The translations under genes were made by a program, and so were the position numbers. This document shows positions 41,897 to 59,838 of a stretch of 64,000 nucleotides of DNA, in pieces. Numbering within the stretch: position 1 is the first letter of the stretch; every line of letters starts with the position of its first letter. Origin of the DNA: Octopus vulgaris (Eukaryota); contig OX597831.1 in NCBI GenBank assembly GCA_951406725.2, positions 45,880,001 through 45,944,000 of the forward strand, given 5' to 3'. The notes beneath the pieces were generated by a model. The model worked only from the letters and a program-made list of their open reading frames with translations. It was not told the origin of the DNA and did not search any database.

Positions 41897-42271
41897 TTTG
41901 AATTTTTTCCAGTAATAATAATATATATGACTTGAGATGTTTGCCTTGCCTTAATGTTTGTTGTCCTCTTTAAGAATTATATAACTCTTGCATCAGAAAT
42001 CTGCAATGGTTCCATAACTACCATCTTGGCTACAACCTTGGAGCCCTAGTAATCCATTACAGCACTTACCTAGCATACCTAATCATTTAGATCACCTGTG
42101 AACTAAATCCCCATACTTTATATATATATATATACAACTATATATATATATATTGTAGTATTTAGGAATGGTCATTTTGCCAGTTTAGCCAATAAAAACA
42201 CACGTACTATATATTTGGTGTTACTTTGCTTCAGTGTTATTTATTTTTTACATTAATCTTAATCTTATCTC

Positions 42272-42316
42272 GGCCAGAGTTCTTTCGTCACACTCCTGTG
42301 ACTGCATCAGTGGTCC
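42272..42316 (-). ncRNA. Hammerhead-like motif (core variant CTGATGC) in a Penelope-like fragment (~42150-42400)
   Basis: Reverse complement ggacca-CTGATGC-a-gtcac-aggagt-gtgac-GAAA-gaac-TC-tggcc. Confidence 0.5.
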
Positions 42317-42798
42317 TTTGCTTTCTTCTTTCTTATTTGTGTGTCTCTCCTTACTAACCATCAGCCATAAAGGTAAGCTTCTATAAAAAATCTTGCACAA
42401 CAAATATATATATATGATATATGTAACCAATGAAGACATATCACAGCTGCTAAGATGGAAGACAAATTTGAAGAATAGAAGAATAGATTGCTGGTACTTT
42501 TTTCTTCTTAAGTTAGTACCATAGCTAGGGAGGAGATGTCTGCCCCGGGCAACAGTTTTATGGAGTTAGAACTTTTGAGTTTGCTGTATAAGCTGTATTG
42601 GCCCAGGATGGGGTCTGGCAAAGTCAAGAGTTGTGCCGGGCGCATGTACAAGCTATGCGATTGCTTTCAGTTGTGGAGCAGTTATTATAATGAATGAAAT
42701 AGTGTAAGACAGCAGCAATCTTTTCTCCAAACTTGTCACAGGTATTTAACACAGCCTATTTTTGCATATGAGACTTACAGTATTTATTTATGAATCTA

Positions 42799-43363
42799 TT
42801 GGGTTGTCCGGAAAGTTCGTGCTGATTTTTAAAGGAAAGAAAAAGGTCAATAAATACTTGCCATTACATTTTTAATCAACCAAATATAAACCATTTTGTT
42901 GCACAATGCGTCTTCATCTTTCCTTTAACTTGAAAATACCCTCTTCCCAGAATTGAGGTGGTTTCATTGAAATGAATTCATGAAAATATCTTTTTACGTC
43001 ATCCAAGGAATTGAAATTTTTACCATTTAGACTATTCTGCAGCGACCTGAATAAGTGGAAATCCAAAGGAGCAATATCTGGTGAATATGGAGGGTGTGGT
43101 AACACATCCCAGCTGAGCTTCAGCAATTTTTGTCTGGTTCCCAAAGCATCAAGTGCTGAAAATGAACTTTCTTATTTTCCATTTTAATGGGTTACAGAAT
43201 TAACACAGGTTATAGGAACATAAACCTTCTTCCGCGAAAAGACAGCTTAAACTGTGCTCTAAATGGAAGTGTAGTCAAATCCTATTTAATGGCTCAACCA
43301 TGTTCTAAAACAAGTCGAAATGTAAGCTTCTATAAATCGGCATGAACTTCCTGGACAACCGAG
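42799..43363 (-). mobile_element. Internally deleted mariner element
   Basis: TA|ttgggttgtccggaaagttcgtgctgattt...aaatcggcatgaacttcctggacaacc..|TA; transposase C-terminus WDVLPHPPYSPDIAPLDFHLFRSLQNSL. Confidence 0.92.
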
Positions 43364-43605
43364 TATTTTAAGAACAAGATGGAATACTTTCATAACATTG
43401 CTTACAAGTCATAGAAGGGATGCTATCTAGGCCTTTAGATTTTGTTTTAAGGAACATATTTGGTGGCTAAAAAGTATAAATGAATGTGCTGGGGATAGAA
43501 ATGGATCTGGGACAGTTTGCTTGACTAAATATTGCTGGTTGATGCCAGTATTTCTCTGAATAACATAAAGTACTGTATCAGCAAGCAAAACGAGTGAGCT
43601 ATAGC

Positions 43606-44209
43606 CAGAGCCATGGCTGTATCCCTGCAACCCCTGCAGTTTCAAAGGACCTCTGCAGTTGAGGGGCCCCATGTTAAGATCAAAGTTTGTAGATGAGTCA
43701 TCTATTTACTTTGGTTAAGATGTTGAAAAAGAATTAAACTATCTATGTTAACTGTAAATTTCAAGAAATAAAATGGTAACACATTGTACCTGCAAAAGTT
43801 CATGTAAAAATATTACATTGTACCAAAAACGTGTACCAAACTTTGTGGATTGTCTATGATATCTATTGGATATGAACTTAGCCCTCAGCTTGATTATTCT
43901 GAACTAATCGATGATTTCGTGAAGTGAAAAGTATGCCATGATTGTCTTTGAAAATTGACTGGATTATAAAAGTGTTTTTTTTATTCATGTCTGGAAATTT
44001 TACTTAATGAAATTTATAATAGACCTAGATAAATTGAACTTGTACTTTTAAAGATGTTCTTTAGGATAATGTGAAATATTGAACTTCAGTTAGAATAAAA
44101 TAAAATAAAGCTATGAATAAAAGGTGCATAGATTTTGAATTTTGATTGAAGGGATGGGGCCTCAAAACAAAAGTTCCAGGAGGCTTCTAAAAGTCACGCA
44201 ATGGAGCTG
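43606..44209 (+). mobile_element. Old deleted hAT element
   Basis: cagagcc...ggagctg ends with GGGCCC subterminal motifs; hAT dimerization-domain remnant GLSMISIGYELSPQLDYSELIDDF (~43847-43918); degenerate 8-bp TSD gctatagc/gccgtagt. Confidence 0.65.
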
Positions 44210-44681
44210 GCCGTAGTGGGGATTTGAAGCCTAACCACTAGACACTCAGTCAGACACCACGAGTGAACCACAAGTAGAGATATATCTATAAATCAACCAA
44301 TCAGCTTGAAGCTGTGGCATGATATAGTTTTCTCAAATGTTTTAAAATTTGACTTCTTGTATCCCCACAAAAACCGTTTGGCACGCAACTTAGAGCGCAG
44401 ACGATCCACAAACCGCCGACGCCACTGAATGCCTCGGAAATTTGCGCATATGACTTCGAGTATTTTTAGACTGACCACATGATGTCACGCAGATAGCTTT
44501 CTATATTTTCAGAGTATGCTTTAATTTGTCAACATCAAATATCTATGTCCAGCAATAAATATTCACGAATTTGCTTTAGTTATTCCATGTTTTCATTGAC
44601 CAGTTCAACTCAAGCGACATCAAACCCCACGCGTCAGAGTCAAGAATTACAAAGAAATTGGAAGTATTCGGGAAGGATTAT

Positions 44682-45518
44682 GGATCTTTTCCTTTTGAAC
44701 GGCACTTTTCAACACAATTTCTAGTTAACTAAACACTTTTAAACTTTGTATACTGGTAGAATGTGTTTATAAAACATCATTTTTTTTTTTGGCTTTATTG
44801 AGAAAATTCTATAGTTTGTAAGATATTTTGTCTGACATTTCGAGCATTTCGGCAATTTTAACCAATCGCTGGAGTCCATTTAGGTAAACAACATTCCGTG
44901 CTGTATGAATATGTCCCTCCTTTAAGAAACAGATTGGGTTTATTTACATTTGTGAAGAAAAAAGATACCCTTCCCCCACCACTAACCCTAACTCTCACCC
45001 TAAATCTAAAATAGATTGAAATGCAATAGATTACTAGGGCCATAATTATGCAATAATTATGCATAATTATGCATAAATGCAATAGAATACTAGGGCCATA
45101 ATTATGGGTGACAATTTCATACGACACTGCTCCGGAAAATGGGATTTTTTTCTAGCAGTGTCAAATGAAAATGTCACCCATAATTATGGCCCTAGTATCG
45201 ATCTATTGCATTTCAATCTATTTTAGATTTAGGGTTAGGGGTTGGGGAAGGGTATCTTTTTTTCTTCACAAATGTAAATAAACCCAATTTAAGGAGGGAC
45301 ATATTCATACGGCACGGAATGTTGTTTACCTAAATGGACTCCAGCGATTGGTTAAAATTGCCGAAATGCTCGAAATTTCAGACGAAATATCTTACAAACC
45401 TATAGAATTTTCTCAATAAAGCCAAGAAAAAAATGATGTTTTATAAACACATTCTACCAGTATACGAAGTTTAAAAGTGTTTAGTTAACTAGAAATTATG
45501 TTACAAAGGAAAAGATCC
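44682..45518. mobile_element. Palindromic MITE (inverted dimer of the 61685-62092 element), 8-bp TSD aggattat
   Basis: GGATCTTTT...AAAAGATCC ends; arms of about 400 bp are reverse complements around a ~20-nt spacer; TSD at 44674-44681 and 45519-45526. Confidence 0.92.
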
Positions 45519-46910
45519 AGGATTATTTATGTTAGTGAGGAAAGTTTAAGTGATATGACTGAGTGAATAGATTGTTTAATTACTAATTTGTGGGTCACTG
45601 GCTGCGGATATTTCCCGGCATTTTTAGTCAGGATACTTTTATTCTAGATGATCTCAATTCATCACTGAATGAAATATCTTAGTGCTTTACTTCTGTGAGT
45701 GTTTGTGCTAGTCTCAGCATGACTCTGATCGAACAGGCTTTATATTCAAAAGTGTTTCAACTGCGACCATTAGATCTTGGCATCACTTTCACAAACTTTA
45801 GCTTTCTTTCTTTTTATTTTTTTCAGTTTCGTAAACAGATAAATGATAGCAATATCAATAAAACTCTAGCCATAAGTATATTATACCCCAGCTATTACAA
45901 TATTCAATACATCCTTTCTTTATTTAAAACAGTAAGGTGTGATGTGAATGAAATTTGACTATTTCAAACGGGTTTACGTAGGGGAAACCTATCTTTGGTG
46001 GATCCCGTGTGTTATGTGTGAATGAGAGAGAGAGAGAGAGAATGCAGAAAGGGAAAGAGAGAGAGAGAGGAGGAATGTAGAGAGTGAGAGAGAGAATCTT
46101 CGGTATTTATGGCAAAGCTAATACGTTTAAGTCCCAAATGAACTCTGATTGACCGGACGTATCTATGATAATAGTATTACAGCCAACATCAGGAGCTCCG
46201 TCTCTTTTTCAACCATAATGTACATAAGACAATATTATCTAATAATGAAAATATGATTTGAAGATTTGGCTGCAATCTCCTGCGGGTCGAGTGAATTCAT
46301 AGAAACTGCGTCGTTGGTTCGTTGTAATGAAATAAACTGGAAAGGTGATGTTAACGGTGGGTCAAATGGAGTGTAGGGGAAGCGCGTGCTTAAGAAATAT
46401 TGGTGGGGTAACATATTTCTCAATAAAAATATATTGAGCAGTTCAGTCGCAAAGAGGAAAAAGGGAAAATTAATTTGATTAAAAATTAAGAAGCAAACTT
46501 GTTGCATATTGACAAAATTTCAAAATTACCCCCCTCCCCACGGTAAAGTATCAATGTCCATAATTAGGAGTTATACCCACGGAAAAAAAATGAGAAAGGA
46601 AACTATATTAAGTAGTATATTTGCCGCTATGTATATTAGAACAAGGAATAAAAAGGTGGATTTGATTTCAACGTTACGGTTTAACAAACTGAGTTTAATT
46701 TTCACCTAAATATGCAACACTTGTCACATTCTGAACTTAATTTCACTGATTTCAATATTCATGATATGCATTTGCTATATGAAGAATAAAAAAATATCAT
46801 AAAAAGCGTATATTTTCAGTTAGATATACGGCAAAATTTAATTAATTATAGAAAAAGATTAATGGCATGAATACGATACTATTGCTGAGAATGAGTCGTT
46901 AACTTTATTA

Positions 46911-46969
46911 CTATATATATAAGCAATTTCCCCCTTGAACTTCCTTTCTGTACGGTTTAACGGAACATC
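46911..46969 (+). promoter_or_regulatory. RPS27-B TATA box and polypyrimidine initiator / 5'TOP
   Basis: tatatatataagc about 25-30 nt upstream of cttcctttct (46940-46949), followed by a short UTR to the ATG; this is the typical ribosomal-protein promoter layout. Confidence 0.8.
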
Positions 46970-53914
<6,945 letters not shown>

Positions 53915-56756
53915 TAGAGTGATGACCTGAAGTTATTTATGGTTTAAAATAAAAGAAATTGAGCCTCAGCTTCGTGTTTTAGAGTTTTTGCTTTATTACA
54001 CAAATCTAGTTATTTCAGTGTTATTTAATATACATAGTAAGTGTTAAAATAGGTAGAGTTTCTGACAAAATATTTGGTTTCATTTCCATGTTTCAGTTGA
54101 AATTCTACTCTGACCATTTCATATTTAGGATCTGTAAAACATGGGCTAGTATGTACTCTTCTCCGAAAATGTATGGCATTTTGCCAATGTTAGATAAACA
54201 ATAGAATTACCAATTCATTTTCCTAATATTTCAATATTTCAAAATGGCGGTGCCCCAGCATGGCCACAGCTCATAAGCTGAAACTAGAATCAATCAATCA
54301 ATCAAAACTAAAACCATTTTAAATTTGATTTCAGAATCTAGTGTATTGCTTATTAACTTTTTCAATGTGGAATTATATTTCATTGGTTATTCCAGCAATG
54401 ATGGTAAATATCAGCCAAAGAATAGAATTGGCATTTTCCGCAAATCACATTGCCTCAATAAACTTGTTATAAATAGTTTCAAATATGCCATTCCTCAACA
54501 AAGGGTAGATTGGTAATGAAATTTTGAGCGGATGCATCTGATTTCCATAGCAAAAGAGATAACTAATTTCTGCAGTTTGTTGATTGGTCTTGGCTATTTC
54601 TGACAAACTTGAAGTTAGCATCTGTCTTCTGTCCTGGTTTGTGCCAAACTTGTGCATGAATCATAACATTGTTGGTGTTTATAGAACATTACTATGGTAT
54701 CAGAAATGTGATACAAGAGAGTGGATAATAAGCAAGGGCTAAATAAGGAAACGAGCCAGTGTGTGTTGGGGTTGGATAATAAAGATTGTGCTTGGGTGTA
54801 TCTTTGAGTGTGCACATTCTCATAGAAATATATATTGGTGAATTTCTAAGTTAGGAGGAAGTGTATATTTCTGCAGGTTTGCTCATGCTGAGAGTTTGTA
54901 GAAATAAAATTTCTCTTCTACCTGATTGTCTAAAGGGGAAAGGCACATTGTAAAATGTACTGGAATAAATGAGATAATCATGGCTTCAGCACTGGATTAT
55001 ATACAGCTGATTTTGGCATAACATCTTATTTTTATTGAAATTGAGGCTGTTTTTCTGCTGAAATACAATGACTTTAACCCTTTCATTACCATATTTATTT
55101 TGAGATGCTCTGTTTCTTTCAATTAATTTTAAATATAACAAAGAATTTAATTAAAATAACTTAGTTATTATTAATATTAGGAACATAAATTGTGACTAAA
55201 GTTTGATGGAAGATTTTAATTCAAAACTTAAACGAGACATTTGTATTACAGCACCAGTTTCAGCCTGGTTGGTATCAAAAGGGTTACCTTAATTTTAAAT
55301 TGTGAAAATAATGAACAATTTAGTAAAATAACTTTTATTATTAACCTGATAGTAGGAACTTCGATAGGTTTTAATTAAAATTGCTTTAAAACAGGAAGTT
55401 AATATTGAATGAAGAAAAATTTAACATCAAAAAAGTTCATGTTGCAAGTTCTGTTGACACAGCTCAATAGATCCTACTGGAAATCAATACTGGAATGTCA
55501 GATAAGCCATTTCCACTTTATTGATGTTTGAAGGTGATGAGTTTGTTGATTATCATTAAGCTTGGTGAAGTTATAGGCTCCTTAGTTTAACCCCAGGTCA
55601 AACCTGATTAGAGGCATTTCGATCCTAACTGCCTCATTTAGGGAACTCCAGATCAGTGTGGCTATTTTGTAGAGGATAATTTTAGTGTGATTTGGCTGCT
55701 ATTTCTAGCATGTTGCACCATGTAGATACTCTCAGTTACCAATGAATTTAACATCTCAGATCCTAATATTTGGTTTCCAGCACCTTTCTAACATTACTAT
55801 TTTCAGCAGTCTTAGCTGGCTTTAGTTACTCATTTTATGGCTGGCTAATCATGCTGTTAATTGCTTTTAGTCTAAAGTAGGCATGGGTAAACTTAATTAC
55901 ATGCAATGGGCCAGGCCATAAGAGATTACCCAAAAAAAATCTGTCCACACCACTAACAGGATAATACTGTAGGAAGTAGGAGGGGGTGAGTTGACTGAAT
56001 TGTTTATATGCTGGGTGAAATGCTTAGTGGTAATTCGTCCGTCCTGACGTTTAGAGTTCAAATTCCGCTGAGGTTGACTTTGCCTTTCATCTTTATGGAA
56101 TTGATATAAGTACTAGTTGAGCACTGGGGTTAATGTAATTGACTTGACTTCTGGGTATGAATATAAAAACTGCACCTCTCTTGAGTCTGTGTGGTGGATT
56201 AGGTTCATTAAACCAGTATGATCTGAAGCTCAAATTCATGGCCTACAAATCAGTCTGGCTAGTGGAGAGAACATGCATGTCTGTTTATATCCAACTGCTT
56301 TACTACCAAATGTTGGATTGGTTTGTTTATGTCCATGTAACTTAGCAGTTTGGCAAGAGATCTATAGAATCAGTACCAGTCGGGTTGATGTGTTTTTTTT
56401 TTCTTAACCCCTTCAGGATGTTGCCTCTGCATAGCTGTAGCCCAATGACTGGATTATCGTTGTTTAATGTCTGTTTTCCATGCTGGCATGGGTTGGAGGG
56501 TTTGAAAAGAGCTGTCTAGACTACAATTGTCTATTTTGATATGGTTTCTGTTGTGGAGGACACCCCGAGTGAGAGAAGTAGGCTGTTGCACTACAAATAA
56601 ATAGTGGACAGACACAACCAGTGGTGTCAGACTGCGAGGTGTGCCATTCAGGCCAGTCATACAGACAAGTACATCATAATGCAGGACAACCACTTTACAG
56701 AGTATGCTGGTTACTTTTCATGTGCCACCAGCACAGGAAGAGCTGACTTTGATATA

Positions 56757-57350
56757 CATCATCATCATCGTTTAACGTCCGCTTTCCATGCTAGCATGGG
56801 TTGGACGGTTCAACTGGGCACCAGGCCAGTCAGATCTGGCGGTGTTTCTACAGCTGGATGCCCTTCCTAACGGCTACGCTCGGATGGTGTTTTTTACGTG
56901 CCACTGGCACGGAAGCCAGGCGAGGCTGGCACAGCCACGATCGGATGGTGTTTGTTACGTGCCACCAGCACGGAGGCCAGCTGATGCGGTGCTGGCTACG
57001 GCCACGTTCGGATGGTACTCTTATGTGCCACAGGCACTGGTACCACAAACTACAAATTCCATTGATGTTGATCGATTTCGATTTTCACTTGCCTCAACAG
57101 GTCTTCACAAGTAGAGTTATGTGTCCCAAGAATGAAGGTATGCACAGGTGGACTGACTACGTCCCAGGTAGGGGCCACGGGTTGTGACCTCACTTGTCCT
57201 GCCGGGTCTTCTCACGCACAGCATACTTCCAATGGTCTCGGTCTCTGGTCATTTCTTCGGTGAGACCTAAAGAGCGAAGGTTGTGTTTCACCACCTCGTC
57301 CCAGGTTTTCCTGGGTCTACCTCTTCCACAGGTTCCCTCAACCGCAATCG
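56757..57350 (-). mobile_element. RTE LINE 3' end (ORF2 C-terminus, 3'UTR and (GAT)n tail)
   Basis: EGTCGRGRPRKTWDEVVKHNLRSLGLTEEMTRDRDHWK continues into the abundant (GAT)n-tailed repeat, identifying its source. Confidence 0.88.
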
Positions 57351-59838
57351 AAAGGGTTGCTTGTGGCCCCAATGTCATGGGTTTCTCATGCTTGAGCTAA
57401 AGTATACACTATTAAATCAATTTCCGTCCATTTGGATTTTACTGACCACACTACACTAAGTTCTTTACTGTTTACCAGTTTGCTGAATGCAGCCAATTTA
57501 TTGTTGGAGTTAAGTGACCCATTCTAAAATTTCATACCAGACATCATATCTTGTCGTTTTGAAGTCCACTTTTCTATATTTGCATGTTGGATAAGTTTTG
57601 TTAAAGTGCATTTACTACGGCTGATGACCTTTTCGTTGCCAACCCTTGCCTGTTTCCAAGTAAAGTAATCATTCTCTTTGACCAGACGTTTTCATGGAAG
57701 ATGAACGAAGGACAGTAACATTTGTTTACAAATATCAAAGCAAAGAGACAGTTAACACACACACACATATAATAGGCTTCTTTAGGTTTCCGTCTACCAA
57801 ATCGCATGGCTTTGGTTGGCCCAGGGCTATAGCAGAAGATACTTGCTCGAGGTGTCACAAAGTGGGATTGAACCTGGAACCATGTGGTTGGGAAACAAAC
57901 TTCTAACTACATAACACCTGCACCTTATTCTTGATATGTCACCTTTCAGAGAAAAAATTAAATCTGTACCTTAATATAGGATAATTTTATCTTAAGTATG
58001 TATACAATTTGGAATAATACATCGAGTCAATAAATAATAGCATTTTTTTCTTTTTTTACAATTGTGATTAGAGTCCGAAAATGTTTATTCCTCTGTAGAT
58101 TTCTTGGCTGTCTCAGCTTTGTATCTGAATATACTGCATGGCAATCAGTTTTTCTCTGATCTTCATCTAAAACATTCGTTATTCAACGTAATATCAGCCA
58201 TTTATGAAAAGAGAAAAGGAATACAAAAGCCGAATGAGAAATATTGTAAATGCAGTTTACACAAGAAATGCAAGATTCAATCTATTAATATTCTAATCAG
58301 TTTGTTTCCATGCTGTAAAAACCCATTGCTAAAACTAGTTATAAATAGACATGATGGGCCAACACTCTTGATAGCAAGTTACTCATACTGCACCTCCAGC
58401 AGTCAAAAGAAATCAGTTTTTTTTTTTTTGTCTGGGATGTTGTATATGTGTGTGGCCTAGGTGTTGCATTCATCAATGCAAGATCATGGTTTCAATTTCC
58501 AGGCTGGTAGTGCACTGTGTTGTTGAGCGAAACACTTTGCTCCAGTTCACCCAGCTGTGAATGGGTAACCCTGTAATGGATTAGAATTCCTTCTGAGGGG
58601 AACGTTGGCCTGCCTACCTAGTGAGCAGGTTGATATTGGAAAGTAAAACAACATGAGTAAGTGCATTGTGACCAGCATCATCTAATGTCTGTTTTTCTTG
58701 CTGGTATGGGCAGGATGATATGACAGGAGCTAGCAAGCCAGAGGACTGTACCAAGCTTCACTGTCTATTTTGACATGGTTTTTACACATGGAAGCCCTTC
58801 ATAATGCCAATCATGTTAGAGAGTGGACTGGGTACTTTTTACATGGCACCGGATACATATATAAATGTATATATATATAAAGCATCATCCGAACGTGGCC
58901 GATGCTAGTGCCGCCTTGGCTGGCTTCTGTGCCTGTGGCACGTAAAAAGCACCAACCGATCGTGGCATGTAAAAAGCACCCACTACACTCACAGAGTGGT
59001 TGGCGTTAGGAAGGGTATCCAGCTGTAGAAACACTGCCAGATCAGACTGGAACCTGGTGCACCCTCCTGGGTTCCCAGACCCTGGTCGAACCGTCCAACC
59101 CATGCTAGCATGGAAAACGGATGTTAAACGATGATGATGATGATGATACATATTTTTAAAGGAATCCCTTCAGTCATAAATTACCATGGGATTGCACCTA
59201 GAAAGTTTCCTTCTGAGGCACAAGTTTGGGCAAGGTTGTTTATGGAAGACCAACAGTAGTCCATGCACACCAGCCTCCTTTCTCCATGCCACTGATGTTA
59301 TCCAAGGGCAAGGCAAAGGCTGATACAACTTAGCACCAGTGATGTCACAATTCATTTCCACAGCTAAGTGAACTGGAGCTACACGAAAAAGTGTCTTGCT
59401 CAAGAACATGACACACAGCCTGGCCCAGGAATCAAACTCACCACCTCATGATTGTGAGCCCAACACTCTAACAATGTGCCTTCACACATACATAAAATAA
59501 TTTATTAAAAGTATTTTTGTATAGATAAAAGCAACAAACATTAATTGAAATAAAGACTCAGTATAAATGTAGAGTCTGATATTTAAAATGATTTACTTTT
59601 GTTGACAGCAATCTTAAAATTTCTTAAACCATATATCAGTGAAACTTCAAATTCTCTATCAACACACTTACAGATATGTATATATTTGTATGTGTGTTTG
59701 GAGACACATAATAACATTTACAATAATCCATTACAATATAATATATAATATACATTACAATATAATATATAATATATAATATACAATAATTCATGTTGGT
59801 GAAAATGAATTTTAAACAGTTATATATATATAAAATAA

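Larger units (their letters stand above)
41300..41979 (+). mobile_element. Penelope-like element 3' end with an inverted pseudo-LTR (arms 41300-41578 and 41695-41979)
   Basis: Inverted repeat of about 280 bp. The plus frame QRKKTQTYLMFNNGIYNIGKLN resembles the GIY-YIG endonuclease C-terminus. Each arm holds a hammerhead motif, and the insertion is next to (TA)n. Confidence 0.82.

Noticed and set aside
53919-53930. GTGATGA-C-CTGA in the RPS27-B 3'UTR (C/D-box or SECIS-like)
   Set aside because: No flanking stem, the stop codon is TAA, and the motif is absent from copy A.
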